DNA of 64,000 nucleotides, from NCBI GenBank assembly GCA_965655095.1, contig OZ296658.1, positions 88,660,001-88,724,000 of the forward strand, written 5' to 3'. Of this stretch, positions 11,801-27,606 are shown in pieces. The first letter of the stretch is position 1. Each line of letters begins with the position of its first letter. Source of the stretch: Haplodiscus bocki (taxonomy: Eukaryota). The translations under genes and the position numbers were made by a program. The notes under the pieces were generated by a model. The model made no database searches. It was given only the letters and a program-made list of their open reading frames with translations, and was not told the origin of the DNA.

Positions 11801-14800
11801 AACGGTTCGATAGTAAAATAGCTACAAGTTTTTTTAATATTTGGAACAATCACTGGTTTTGATACGAACAGTTTTTATCGATTAGATAGAAACCTAGCTA
11901 ACAAAAAGAAACCAACAACTCAAAAAGTAGAACTTCCTGAAAAGATTTGAAATCAAGGTTTCGATATTGCTGAGATTTGTGAAGTTACTACTGATGACAA
12001 AAGGAAGTGTAGCTCGAAAAAAAAGAATTGAGAAGTTAATTCAAGTCAAAAAAATTGATGTTTAAAGTTGATGCTCTGTAAATACAACTTCCGTGGTGGT
12101 TTTTCTGGAAGAAACTCAATTTAGAAGGTGTGATTTACAATAGAATAAAATGGGGAACAGCGTGTTTGTGGAGAGAAGTCGTTTCATAAATGTTGTTCAA
12201 ATGCTGTAATTGACGTGTTTTTCAAAATGGGTTTGCTTGGAAATTGTTTGCATTGAAAGATTTTTTAGCAAACTATGACACAAAAAGTAGCGCAACAAGC
12301 AATGTGAGTTACAGGAGGTGCTTATTGAATTAGAATTGGTTAGTGTGGATACTAACATGAAAGTTGGTCTTGTATTAGCAACATCTGCTTCCATCCAACT
12401 TTTGGACTCATTTGGTTTTGTTCTATGGATATTACAATTTCTGTTCGTATGCTTGTGCGCATCCAAAAGTTTTACTATACTAACTGCCAAGGGAGCTATA
12501 AGAATGTATTTACTTATAATACCCAACCAAACAACGATAGATTACTTGCAAGTTAGTGTTCGTGTATTCTGTATCGTTTTGAACTTTTGAGTTTCAAATA
12601 TCAAAACAATTGAGAAATATTCGAAAACTGCGGAGCTAGGTTCCTCAGCGAAGCGTGTTTAAATCTTCGATTGGACATCTCAAAGGATAACAACCTCTTT
12701 CATGGACCTAAACAGAAATCGATTGAACGAAGCAATACAGGATATACCCAAAATTCTTCGCAGTTAGATTATCATGTCTTCGAGATGTCTTGACTGCTTC
12801 AATAACTGCTAGTTGACTTTCATGTTTGTCGGAAAAATCAAATAGACCTATCTCAATCTACTTCCACTATTGAAAGGGAGTCTTGTCCTAGAATAAGGAA
12901 CATCACTTCAGCTGGCAGTAGAAGTTTCACTTAAAAAACCGACGAGAGACTGTGGATTTTTGGATGAATGATTCCAAAAAATGACCGCTTTCAGAAACAT
13001 GGATCATGGGATTAATGAGTTCTTTAGTTTACAGACTGGTTTTTATGATATAACTGATCGAAACATTATATGGAATTTTTTAATCCCTTTTTCATATGAA
13101 CGAAAACTGTTGATAATGGTAGTTTAGAATGCCCCAAACAACACCATTTTCAATTCAACTCGGAATTGGCTGAAAAATATGGGAATGATAGAAATGTAGT
13201 TGAGGTTTTTCATAGTTTGTGAGACCTTTTTTTACTGAACATAGAAAAAAGGACATCCGATGACATTTTTGAAGGCGGCACAGTTATGTAATTCAGTATG
13301 CAGTGAGCAATGTGGGTTAAAAAATTTATGGGGCCATTTGGTTTGATCCAAGTGAAATTAATATCATCATTCCACTGGGTTAATGTAAAGTAACTGACAT
13401 CGATAAAGCAATGTAAATGGAAGTGTGAACACATGACTTCTATTCGATCAACACATTATGGTTTAGTGTACACTTAATAAAAGAATGAAGTGTTACGTTT
13501 TAATATTCATTTTGGGAGCTGTACAACAGTTTGCTTGGGTTTTAAAGTATATCTTTGACTACTCAAATATTGATGAGGAAATTTTTATGAAAACTATACA
13601 AGAGAATATGCATGCCTAGCATTTATATTTCGATTCTTTTGCAGAAGAAAAGGGTTTTGTAAATAGGCTTCAAAAAGTGGTTTTCTTCCAAATTAAGATT
13701 GTGAACTGGTTAAAAATGGATTCTTGTCGCTACTTAAGCTTTGAGACATAATGGTTTTCCTAGATCAAGCTTCAAGTCTGAATTACTGCAAAATCTTTAG
13801 CTGTTAATTAAAGTTGTTTGTTAAAACAACATTATTTACAATTCAAAATAGAACTGGCTGATTCATTTGGAAAATTTGGAACTAGTGGCGACAATTTTGA
13901 TTATTTGTGAGATGTTAATTAATAAAAACATAGAAAATGCTAAACTTACGGATTTAAAAGATGACATCCGCTTTCATTTCTTGAAAGCGGCATAGATGTG
14001 TTGATCAGTATGCAATCAACAATATGGGTAAAAAGTTTACGGGCTCCCTTTGGTTTGATCCAATTGAAATCTTTATCATGTTTCCACCTGGAATTTTTAA
14101 AATAACTGATCAATAACTGAAGCAATGGGAATAGAAGTTTAATCAGATGATTTATCAAGGGAATCAATTCTAACAACACATCTTGTTTTAGTGTACACTT
14201 AATAAAGGAATGAAGTGTTAGGTTTTAACTATTCTTTTTGGAAGCTGTAGAACACTTTGTTTGTTTTTTTGGAGTTTTTCTTTGACTACTTAAAGAATGA
14301 TGAGAGGGTTGTTACTATAAAAGAGAATATGCATGCTTAAAATTTAGCTTTCGATTCGTTTTGAAAAAAAGGATTTTGTTGAAAAACGCTTCAAGAAAGC
14401 GACTTCGAAAGTGAGCTGCGAAACTGATTAAATATGGAGTCTTGTACATCTTTGTGCTTCAAGACTCAATGGTTTTTTTAATGCTTAGCTTCTGAAGTAC
14501 TGGAAGATGATAAGCTGTAACCTAAAGTTGTCATACCCTAGAATTTATTTTCAAGTTTCCAAGGACAATTAGGATGTTTTGTGAACCAAGATTTTTTTTC
14601 GTGGTTAGGTGTGCGCTTCTGGGAAATTGAGAAATAATGAAGAAGTCCATCTGAAAACGTTAAAGTCACCCATGTCCTCTATCTTTGGCGTCAGAAAACT
14701 GCAAAAGTTGTTGAATAATCTGCAAAAGAAAGTTTAGGTCGATGTTGGCACAAGCATCAATATTTTCGAAATCGAAAATGAAGTTGGTATGGAGGCAGTT

Positions 14801-17800
14801 AAACAATATAAGGATGCCTTTTCTTTGCATGTGAAGAATCGAGTAACTGGTACAGAAGCTGTTGAATATAGCCTTGAAGTTGGCTGTTTGCTAAAAAGAC
14901 AGCATAAAATGAAATCTTTTGCTGAAATTGAAAAAAAAATAGTCAACGCGAGTTCCCTAATTGTATTACGTTTGTTCAATCACAAGCATTAAACTTGGTT
15001 CTCTTTTTCCTGGATACGAAGTTCGGGAACAGTTTTTTCACGCAAACCGTTCGATAGTAAAATAGCTACAAGTTTTTTTAATATATGGAACAATCACTGG
15101 TTTTGATACGAACAGTTTTTATCGATTAGATAGAAACCTAGCTAACAAAAAAAACCAACAACTCAAAAAGTTGAACTTCCTGAAAAGATTTGAAATCAAG
15201 GTTTCGATATTGCTGAGATTTGTGAAGTTACTACTGATGACAGAAGGAAGTGTAGCTCGGAAAAAATGTTTGAGAAGTTAATTCAAGTCAAAAAAATTGA
15301 TGTTTAAAGTTGATGCTCTGTAAATACAACTTCCGTGGTGGTTTTTTTGAAAGAAACTCAATTTAGAAGGTTTGATTTACAATAGAAAAAAATGCAGAAC
15401 GCAGAACAGCGTATTTGTGGAGAGAAGTCGTTTCATAAATGTTGTTCAAATGCTGTAAATGACGTGTTTTTCAAAATGGGTTTGCTTGGAAATTGTCAGC
15501 ATTGAAAGATTTTTTTTAGCAAACTATGCCTCAAAAAGTAGCGCAACAAGCAATGTGAGTTACAGGAGGTGCTTATTGAATTAGAATTGGTTAGTGTGGA
15601 TACTAACATGAAAGTTGGTCTTGTATTAGCAACATCTGCCTCCATCCAACTTCTGGAACTCGTTGGATTTTGTTCTATGAATATTACCTTTTCGTATGGT
15701 TGTGCGCATCCAAAAGTTTTACTAAAATAACTGCCAAAGGAGCTATAAGAATGTATTTACTTATAATACCCAACCAAACAACGATAGATTACTTGCAAGT
15801 TAGTGTTCGTGTATTCTGTATCGTTTTGAACTTTTGAGTTTCAAATATCAAAACAATTGAGAAATATTCGAAAACTGTGGAGCTAGGTTCCTCAGCGAAG
15901 CGTCTTTAAATCTTCGATTGGACATCTCAAAGGATAACAACCTCTTTCATGGACCTAAACAGAAATCGATTGAACGAAGCAATACAGGATATACTCAAAA
16001 TTCTTCGCAGTTAGATTATCATGTCTTCGAGATGTCTTGACTGCTTCAATAACTGCTAGTTGACTTTCATGTTTGTCGGAAAAATCAAATAGACCTATCT
16101 CAATCTACTTCCACTATTAAAAGGGAGTCTTGTCCTAGAGTAAGGAACATCACTTCAGCTGGTAGTAGAAATTTCACTTAAAGAACCGACGAGAGACTGT
16201 GGATTTTTGGATGAATGATTCCAAAAAATGACCGCTTTCAGAAACATGGATCATGGGATTAATGAGTTCTTTAGTTTACAGACTGGTTTTTATGATATAA
16301 CTGATCGAAACATTATATGGAATTTTTTAATCCCTTTTTCATATGAACGAAAACTGTTGATAATGGTAGTTTAGAATGCCCCAAACAACATCATTTTCAA
16401 TTCAACTCGGAATTGGCTGAAAAATATGGGAATGATAGAAATGTAGTTGAGGTTTTTCATAGTTTGTGAGACCTTTTTTTACTGAACATAGAAAAAAGGA
16501 CATCCGATGACATTTTTGAAGGCGGCATAGTTATGTAGTTCAGTATGCAGTGAGCAATGTGGGTTAAAAAATTTATGGGGCCATTTGGTTCGATCCAAGT
16601 GAAATTAATATCATCATTCCACCGGGTTAATGTAAAGTAACTGACATCGATAAAGCAATGTAAATGGAAGTGTAAACACATGACTTCTATTCGATCAACA
16701 CATTATGGTTTAGTGTACACTTAATAAAAGAATGAAGTGTTACGTTTTAATATTCATTTTGGGAGCTGTACAACAGTTTGCTTGGGTTTTAAAGTATATC
16801 TTTGACTACTCAAATATTGATGAGGAAATTTTTATGAAAACTATACAAGAGAATATGCATGCCTAGAATTCATATTTCGGTTCTTTTGAAAAAGAAAAGG
16901 GTTTTGTAAATAGGCTTCAAAAAGTGGTTTTCTTCCAAATTAAGATTGTGAACTGGTTAAAAATGGATTCTTGTTGCTACTTAAGCTTTGAGACATGATG
17001 GTTTTCCTAGATCAAGCTTCAAGTCTGAATTACTGCAAAATCTTTAGCTGTTAATTAAAGTTGTTAGTTAAAACAACATTATTTTTAATTCAAAATAGAA
17101 CTGGCTGATTCATTTGGAAAATTTGGAACTAGTGGCGACAATTTTGAATATTTGTGAGATGTTAATTAATAAAAACATTGAAAAGGCTACACTTAAGGGT
17201 TTAAAAGATGACATCCGCTTTCATTTTTTGAAAGCGGCATAGATGTGTTGATCAGTATGCAATCAACAATATGGGTAGAAAGTTTATGGGCTCCGTTTGG
17301 TTTGATCCAATTGAAATCATTATCATGGTTCCACCTGGATTTTTTAAAATAACTGATCAATAACTGAAGCAATGAGAATAGAAGTTTAATCAGATGATTT
17401 ATCAAGGGAATCAATTCTAACAACACATCTTGTTTTAGTGTACACTTAATAAAGGAATGAAGTGTTAGGTTTTAACTATTCTTTTTGGAAGCTGTAGAAC
17501 ACTTTGTTTGTTTTTTGGAGTTTTTTTTGACTACTTAATGAATGATGAGAGGGTTGTTACTATAAAAGAGAATATGCATGCTTGAAATTTAGCTTTCGAT
17601 TCGTTTTGAAAAAAGGATTTTGTTGAAAAAAGCTTCAAGAAAGCGGTTTCCAAAGTGAGCTGCGAAACTGATTAAATATGGAGTCTTGTTCATCTTTGTG
17701 CTTCAAGACTCAATGGTTTTTTTAATGCCTAGCTTCTGAAGTACTGGAAGATGATAAGCTGTAACCTAAAGTTTTCCTACCCTAGAATTTGTTTTTAAGT

Positions 17801-20800
17801 TTCCGGGGATATTCAGGATGTTTTGTGAACCAAGATTTTTTTTTCGTGGTTAGGTGTGTGCTTCTGGGAAATCGGGAAATAATGAAGAATTCCATCTGAA
17901 AACTTTGAAGTCACCCATGTCCTCTATCTTTGGCGTCAGAAAACTGCAAAAGTTGTTGAATAATCTGCAAAAGAAAGTTTGGGTCGATGTTGGCACGCAT
18001 CAATATTTTCAAAATCGAAAATGAAGTTGGTATGGAGGCAGTTAAACAATATAAAGATGCCTTTTCTTTGCATGTGAAGACCCGAGCAATTGGTACAGAA
18101 GCTGTTGGATATAGCCTTCAAGTTGGCTGTTTGCTAAAAAGACCGCATAAGTTGCGATCTTTTGCTGAAATTGCAAAAAAATAGTCAACGCGAGTTCCCT
18201 AATTGTATTACGTCTGTTCAATCACAAGCATTAAACTTGATTCTCTTTTTCTTGGCTACGAAGTTCGAGAACAGTTTTTTCACGCAAACGGTTCGATAGT
18301 AAAATAGCTACAAGTTTTTTCAATATTTGGAACAATCACTGGTTTTGATACGAACAGTTTTTATCGATTAGATAGAAACCTAGCTAACAAAAAGAAACCA
18401 ACAACTCAAAAAATTGAACTTCCTGAAAAGATTTGAAATCAAGGTTTCGATTTTGCTGAGATTTGTGAAGTTACTACTGATGACAAAAGGAAGTGTAGCT
18501 CGAAAAAAAAGAATTGAGAAGTTAATTCAAGTCAAAAAAATTGATGTTTAAAGTTGATGCTCTGTAAATACAACTTCCGTGGTGGTTTTTCTGGAGGAAA
18601 CTCAATTTAGAAGGTGTGATTTACAATAGAATAAAATGCGGAACAGCGTGTTTGTGGAGAGAAGTCGTTTCATAAATGTTGTTCAAATGCGGTAATTGAC
18701 GTGTTTTTCAAAATGGGTTTGCTTGGAAATTGTTTGCATTGAAAGATTTTTTTAGCAAACTATGACACAAAAAGTAGCGCAACAGGCAATGTGAGTTACA
18801 GGAGGTGCTTATTGAATTAGAATTGGTTAGTGTGGATACTAACATGAAAGTTGGTCTTGTATTAGCAACATCTGCTTCCATCCAACTTCTGGACTCATTG
18901 GATTTTGTTCTATGAATATTACAATTTCTGTTCGTATGCTTGTGCGCATCCAAAAGTTTTACTATACTAACTGCCAAAGGAGCTATAAGAATGTATTTAA
19001 TTATAATACCCAACCAAACAACGATAGATTACTTGCAAGTTAGTGTTCGTGTATTCTGTATCGTTTTGGACTTATGAGTTTCAAATATCAAAACAATTGA
19101 GAAGTATTCGAAAACTGTGGAGCTAGGTTCCTCAGCGAAGCGTTTTTAAATCTTCGATTGGACATCTCAAAGGATAACAACCTCTTTCATGGACCTAAAC
19201 AGAAATCGATTGAACGAAGCAATACAGGATATACCCAAAATTCTTCGCAGTTAGATTATCATGTCTTCGAGATGTCTTGACTGCTTCAATAACTGCTAGT
19301 TGACTTTCATGTTTGTCGGAAAAATCAAATAGACCTATCTCAATCTACTTCCACTATTGAAAGGGAGTCTTGTCCTAGAATAAGGAACATCACTTCAGCT
19401 GGCAGTAGAAGTTTCACTTAAAAAACCGACGAGAGACTGTGGATTTTTGGATGAATGATTCCAAAAAATGACCGCTTTCAGAAACATGGATCATGGGATT
19501 AATGAGTTCTTTAGTTTACAGACTGGTTTTTATTATGTAACTGATCGAAACATTATATGAAATTTTTTAATCCCTTTTTTATATGAACAAAAAACTGTTG
19601 ATAATGGTAGTTTAGATTAATTGCAGATGCAGAATACCCCAAAAAACATCATTTTCAATTCAACTCGGAATTGGCTGAAAAATATGGGAATGATAGAAAT
19701 GTAGTTGAGGTTTTTCATAGTTTGTGAGACCTTTTGTTACTGAACATAGAAAACAGGACATCCGATGACATTTTTGAAGGCGGCATAGTTATGTAGTTCA
19801 GTATGCAGTGAGCAATGTGGGTTAAAAAATTTATGGGGCCATTTGGTTTGATCCAAGTGAAATTAATATTATCATTCCACCGGGTTAATGTAAAGTAACT
19901 GACATCGATAAAGCAATGTAAATGGAAGTGTAAACACATGACTTCTATTCGATCAACACATTATGGTTTAGTGTACACTTAATAAAAGAATGAAGTGTTA
20001 CGTTTTAATATTCATTTTGGGAGCTGTACGACAGTTTGCTTGGGTTTTAAAGTATATCTTTGACTACTCAAATATTGATGAGGAAATTTTTATGAAAACT
20101 ATACAAGAGAATATGCATGCCTAGAATTTATATTTCGGTTCTTTTGAAAAAGAAAAGGGTTTTGTAAATAGGCTTCAAAAAGTGGTTTTCTTCCAAATTA
20201 AGATTGTGAACTGGTTAAAAATGGATTCTTGTTGCTACTTAAGCTTTGAGACAGAATGGTTTTCCCAGATCAAGCTTCAAGTCTGAATTACTGCAAAACC
20301 TTCAGCTGTTAATTAAAGTTGTTATTTAAAACAACATTATTTACACTTCAAAATAGAACTGGCTGATTCATTTGGAAAATTTGGAACCAGTGGCGACAAT
20401 TTTGAATATTTGTGAGATGTTAATTAATAAAAACATAGAAAAGGCTAAAGTTAAGGGTTTAAAAGATGACATCCGCTTTCATCTATTGAAAGCGCCATAG
20501 ATGTGTTGATCAGTATGCAATCAACAATATGGGTAAAAAGTTTATGGGCTCCGTTTGGTTTGATCCAATTGAAATCATTATCATGGTTCCAACTGGAATT
20601 TTTAAAATAACTGATCAATAACTGAAGCAATGGGAATAGAAGTTTAATCAGATGATTTATCAAGGGAATCAATTCTAACAACACATCTTGTTTTAGTGTA
20701 CACTTAATAAAGGAATGAAGTGTTAGGTTTTAACTATTCTTTCTGGAAGCTGTAGAACACTGTTTGTTTTTTGGAGTTTTTCTTTGACTACTTAAAGAAT

Positions 20801-23800
20801 GATGAGAGGGTTGTTACTATAAAAGAGAATATGCATGCTTAAAATTTAGCTTTCGATTCGTTTTGAAAAAAAGGATTTTGTTGAAAAACGCTTCAAGAAA
20901 GCGACTTCGAAAGTGAGCTGCGAAACTGATTAAATATGGAGTCTTGTACATCTTTGTGCTTCAAGACTCAATGGTTTTTTTAATGCTTAGCTTCTGAAGT
21001 ACTGGAAGATGATAAGCTGTAACCTAAAGTTGTCATATCCTAGAATTTATTTTCAAGTTTCCAAGGACAATTAGGATGTTTTGTGAACCAAGATTTTTTT
21101 TCGTGGTTAGGTGTGCGCTTCTGGGAAATCGGGAAATAATGAAGAATTCCATCTGAAAACTTTGAAGTCACCCATGTCCTCTATCTTTGGCGTCAGAAAA
21201 CTGCAAAAGTTGTTGAATAATCTGCAAAAGAAAGTTTGGGTCGATGTTGGCACGCATCAATATTTTCAAAATCGAAAATGAAGTTGGTATGGAGGCAGTT
21301 AAACAGTATAAAGATGCCTTTTCTTTGTATGTGAAGAATCGAGTAATTGGTACAGAGGCTGTTGGATATAGCCTTCATGTTGGCTGTTTGCTAAAAAGAC
21401 AGCATAAATTGAAATCTTTTGCTGAAATTGAAAAAAAGGCAACGCGAGTTCCCTAATTGTATTACGTTTGTTCAATCACAAGCATTAAACTTGATTCTCT
21501 TTTTCTTGGATACGAAGTTCGAGAACAGTTTTTTCACGCAAACGGTTCGATAGTAAAATAGCTACAAGTTTTTTTAATATTTGGAACAATCACTGGTTTT
21601 GATACGAACAGTTTTTATCGATTAGATAGAAACCTAGCTAACAAAAAGAAACCAACAACTCAAAAAATTGAACTTCCTGAAAGGATTTGAAATCAAGGTT
21701 TCGATTTTGCTGAGATTTGTGAATTTACTACTGATGACAAAAGGAAGTGTAGCTCGAAAAAAAAGAATTGAGAAGTTAATTCAAGTCAAAAAAATTGATG
21801 TTTAAAGTTGATGCTCTGTAAATACAACTTCCGTGGTGGTTTTTCTGGAAGAAACTCAATTTAGAAGGTGTGATTTACAATAGAATAAAATGCGGAACAG
21901 CGTGTTTGTGGAGAGAAGTCGTTTCATAAATGTTGTTCAAATGCTGTAATTGACGTGTTTTTCAAAATGGGTTTGCTTGGAAATTGTTTGCATTGAAAGA
22001 TTTTTTTAGCAAACTATGACACAAAAAGTAGCGCAACAAGCAATGTGAGTTACAGGAGGTGCTTATTGAATTAGAATTGGTTAGTGTGGATACTAACATG
22101 AAAGTTGGTCTTGTATTAGCAACATCTGCTTCCATCCATCTTCTGGACTCATTGGATTTTGTTCTATGAATACCACCATTTCTTTTCGTATGGTTGTGCG
22201 CATCCAAAAGTTTTACTAAACTAACTGCCAAAGGAGCTATAAGAATGTATTTACTTATAGTACCCAACCAAACAACGATAGATTACTTGCAAGTTAGTGT
22301 TCGTGTATTCTGTATCGTTTTGAACTTTTGAGTTTCAAATATCAAAACAATTGAGAAATATTCGAAAACTGTGGAGCTAGGTTCCTCAGCGAAGCGTTTT
22401 TAAATCTTCGATTGGACATCTCAAAGGATAACAACCTCTTTCATGGACCTAAACGGAAATCGATTGAACGAAGCAATACAGGAGATACTCAAAATTTTTC
22501 GAAGTTAGATTATCATGTCTTCGAGATGTGTTGACTGCTTCAACAACTGCTAGTTGACTTTCATGTTTGACGGAAAAATCAAATAGACCTATCTCAATCT
22601 ACTTCCACTATTGAAAGGGAGTCTTGTCCTAGAGTAAGGAACATCACTTCAGCTGGCAGTAGAAATTTCACTTAAAAAACCGACGAGAGACTGTGGATTT
22701 TTGGATGAATGATTCCAAAAAATGACCGCTTTCAGAAACATGGATCATGGGATTAATGAGTTCTTTAGTTTACAGACTGGTTTTTATGATGTAACTGATC
22801 GAAACATTATATGAAATTTTTTAATCCCTTTTTTATATGAACAAAAAACTGTTGATAATGGTAGTTTAGATTAATTGCAGATGCAGAATACCCCAAAAAA
22901 CATCATTTTCAATTCAACTCGGAATTGGCTGAAAAATATGGGAATGATAGAAATGTAGTTGAGGTTTTTCATAGTTTGTGAGACCTTTTGTTACTGAACA
23001 TAGAAAACAGGACATCCGATGACATTTTTGAAGGCGGCATAGTTATGTAGTTCAGTATGCAGCGAGCAATGTGGGTTAAAAAATTTATGGGGCCATTTGG
23101 TTTGATCCAAGTGAAATTAATATTATCATTCCACCGGGTTAATGTAAAGTAACTGACATCGATAAAGCAATGTAAATGGAAGTGTAAACACATGACTTCT
23201 ATTCGATCAACACATTATGGTTTAGTGTACACTTAATAAAAGAATGAAGTGTTACGTTTTAATATTCATTTTGGGAGCTGTACGACAGTTTGCTTGGGTT
23301 TTAAAGTATATCTTTGACTACTCAAATATTGATGAGGAAATTTTTATGAAAACTATACAAGAGAATATGCATGCCTAAAATTTGCATTCCTATTCTTTTG
23401 AAAAAAAAAAGGGTTTTGTAAATAGGCTTCAAAAAGTGGTTTTCTTCCAAATTAAGATTCTGAACTGGTTAAAAATGGATTCTTGTTGCTACTTAAGCTT
23501 TGAGACATAATGGTTTTCCTAGATCAAGCTTCATTTCTGAATTACTGCAAAATCTTTAGCTGTTAGTTAAAGATGTTAGTTAAAAGAACATTATTTACAT
23601 TTCAAAATAGAACTGGCTGATTCATTTGGAAAATTTGGAACTAGTGGCGACAATTTTGTTTTTTTTTGTGAGATTTTAATTAATAAAAACATAGAAAAGG
23701 CTAAAGTTAAGGGTTTAAAAGATGACATCCGCTTTCATCTATTGAAAGCGCCATAGATGTGTTGATCAGTATGCAATCAGCAATATGGGTAAAAAGTTTA

Positions 23801-26800
23801 TGGGCTCCGTTTGGTTTGATCCAATTGAAATCATTATCATGGTTCCAACTGGAATTTTTAAAATAACTGAAGCAATGGGAATAGAAGTTTAATCAGATGA
23901 TTTATCAAGGGAATCAATTCTAACAACACATCTTGTTTTAGTGTACACTTAATAAAGGAATGAAGTGTTAGGTTTTAACTATTCTTTCTGGAAGCTGTAG
24001 AACACTGTTTGTTTTTTGGAGTTTTTCTTTGACTACTTAAAGAATGATGAGAGGGTTGTTACTATAAAAGAGAATATGCATGCTTAAAATTTAGCTTTCG
24101 ATTCGTTTTGAAAAAAGGATTTTGTTGAAAAACGCTTCAAGAAAGCGACTTCCAAAGTGAGCTGCGAAACTGATTAAATATGGAGTCTTGTACATCTTTG
24201 TGCTTCAAGACTCAATGGTTTTTTTAATGCTTAGCTTCTGAAGTACTGGAAGATGATAAGCTGTAACCTAAAGTTGTCATACCCTAGAATTTGTTTTCAA
24301 GTTTCGAAGGACAATTCGGATGTTTTGTGAACCAAGATTTTTTTTCGTGGTTAGGTGTGTGCTTCTGGGAAATCGGGAAATAATGAAGAATTCCATCTGA
24401 AAACTTTGAAGTCACCCATGTCCTCTATCTTTGGCGTCAGAAAACTGCAAAAGTTGTTGAATAATCTGCAAAAGAAAGTTTGGGTCGATGTTGGCACGCA
24501 TCAATATTTTCAAAATCGAAAATGAAGTTGGTATGGAGGCAGTTAAACAATATAAAGATGCCTTTTCTTTGTATGTGAAGAATCGAGTAATTGGTACAGA
24601 GGCTGTTGGATATAGCCTTCATGTTGGCTGTTTGCTAAAAAGACAGCATAAATTGAAATCTTTTGCTGAAATTGAAAAAAAAAGTCAACGCGAGTTCCCT
24701 AATTGTATTACGTTTGTTCAATCACAAGCATTAAACTTGATTCTCTTTTTCTTGGATACGAAGCTCGAGAACAGTTTTTTCACGCAAACGGTTCGATAGT
24801 AAAATAGCTACAAGTTTTTTTAATATTTGGAACAATCACTGGTTTTGATACGAACAGTTTTTATCGATTAGATAGAAACCTAGCTAACAAAAAGAAACCA
24901 ACAACTCAAAAAGTAGAACTTCCTGAAAAGATTTGAAATCAAGGTTTCGATATTGCTGAGATTTGTGAAGTTACTACTGATGACAAAAGGAAGTGTAGCT
25001 CGAAAAAAAAGAATTGAGAAGTTAATTCAAGTCAAAAAAATTGATGTTTAAAGTTGATGCTCTGTAAATACAACTTCCGTGGTGGTTTTTCTGGAAGAAA
25101 CTCAATTTAGAAGGTGTGATTTACAATAGAATAAAATGCGGAACAGCGTGTTTGTGGAGAGAAGTCGTTTCATAAATGTTGTTCAAATGCTGTAATTGAC
25201 GTGTTTTTCAAAATGGGTTTGCTTGGAAATTGTTTGCATTGAAAGATTTTTTTAGCAAACTATGACACAAAAAGTAGCGCAACAAGCAATGTGAGTTACA
25301 GGAGGTGCTTATTGAATTAGAATTGGTTAGTGTGGATACTAACATGAAAGTTGGTCTTGTATTAGCAACATCTGCTTCCATCCATCTTCTGGACTCATTG
25401 GATTTTGTTCTATGAATACCACCATTTCTTTTCGTATGGTTGTGCGCATCCAAAAGTTTTACTAAACTAACTGCCAAAGGAGCTATAAGAATGTATTTAC
25501 TTATAGTACCCAACCAAACAACGATAGATTACTTGCAAGTTAGTGTTCGTGTATTCTGTATCGTTTTGAACTTTTGAGTTTCAAATATCAAAACAATTGA
25601 GAAATATTCGAAAACTGTGGAGCTAGGTTCCTCAGCGAAGCGTTTTTAAATCTTCGATTGGACATCTCAAAGGATAACAACCTCTTTCATGGACCTAAAC
25701 AGAAATCGATTGAACGAAGCAATACAGGAGATACTCAAAATTTTTCGAAGTTAGATTATCATGTCTTCGAGATGTGTTGACTGCTTCAACAACTGCTAGT
25801 TGACTTTCATGTTTGACGGAAAAATCAAATAGACCTATCTCAATCTACTTCCACTATTGAAAGGGAGTCTTGTCCTAGAGTAAGGAACATCACTTCAGCT
25901 GGCAGTAGAAATTTCACTTAAAAAACCGACGAGAGACTGTGGATTTTTGGATGAATGATTCCAAAAAATGACCGCTTTCAGAAACATGGATCATGGGATT
26001 AATGAGTTCTTTAGTTTACAGACTGGTTTTTATGATGTAACTGATCGAAACATTATATGAAATTTTTTAATCCCTTTTTTATATGAACAAAAAACTGTTG
26101 ATAATGGTAGTTTAGATTAATTGCAGATGCAGAATACCCCAAAAAACATCATTTTCAATTCAACTCGGAATTGGCTGAAAAATATGGGAATGATAGAAAT
26201 GTAGTTGAGGTTTTTCATAGTTTGTGAGACCTTTTGTTACTGAACATAGAAAACAGGACATCCGATGACATTTTTGAAGGCGGCATAGTTATGTGGTTCA
26301 GTATGCAGTGAGCAATGTGGGTTAAAAAAAATTATGGGGCCATTTATTTGATCCAAGTGAAATTAATATCATCATTGCACCGGGTTAATGTAAAGTAGCT
26401 GACATCGATAAAGCAATGTAAACAGAAGTCTAAACACATGACTTCTCTTCGAACAACACATCATGGTTTAGTGTACACTTAGTAAAAGAATGAACTATTA
26501 CGTTTTAATATTCATTTTGGGAGCTGTACAACAGGTTGCTTGGGTTTTAGAGTATATCTTTGACTACTCAAATATTGATGAGGAAGTTTTTATGAAAACT
26601 ATAAAAGAGAATATGCATGCCTAAAAATTGTATTCCTATTCTTTTGAAAATAAAGGGTTTTGTAAAAAGGCTTCAAAAAGTGGTTTTCTTCCAAATTAAG
26701 ATTCTGAACTGGTTAAAAATGGATTCTTGTTGCTACTTAAGCTTTGAGACATAATGGTTTTCCTAGATCAAGCTTCATTTCTGAATTACTGCAAAATCTT

Positions 26801-27606
26801 TAGCTGTTAATTAAAGTTGTTAGTTAAAACAACATTATTTACACTTCAAAATAGAACTGGCTGATTCATTTGGAAAATTTGGAACCAGTGGCGACAATTT
26901 TGAATATTTGTGAGATGTTAATTAATAAAAACATAGAAAAGGCTAAAGTTAAGGGTTTAAAAGATGACATCCGCTTTCACCTTTTGAAAGCGCCATAGAT
27001 GTGTTGATCAGTATGCAATCAACAATATGGGTAAAAAGTTTATGGGCTCCGTTTGGTTTGATCCAATTGAAATGATTATCATGGTTCCAACTGGAATTTT
27101 TAAAATAACTGAAGCAATGGGAATAGAAGTTTAATCAGATGATTTATCAAGGGAATCAATTCTAACAACACATCTTGTTTTAGTTTACACTTAATAAAGG
27201 AATGAAGTGTTAGGTTTTAACTATTCTTTCTGGAAGCTGTAGAACACTGTTTGTTTTTTGGAGTTTTTCTTTGACTACTTAAAGAATGATGAGAGGGTTG
27301 TTACTATAAAAGAGAATATGCATGCTTAAAATTTAGCTTTCGATTCGTTTTGAAAAAAGGATTTTGTTGAAAAACGCTTCAAGAAAGCGACTTCCAAAGT
27401 GAGCTGCGAAACTGAATAAATATGGAGTCTTGTTCATCTTTGTGCTTCAAGACTCAATGTTTTTTTATAATGCTTAGCTTCTGAAATACTGGAAAATGAT
27501 AAGCCGTAACCTAAAGTTGTCATACCCTAGAGTTTGTTTTTAAGTTTCCAAGGACAATTAGGATGTTTACTGAACAAGATTTTTTTCCTGGTTAGGTGTG
27601 TGCTTC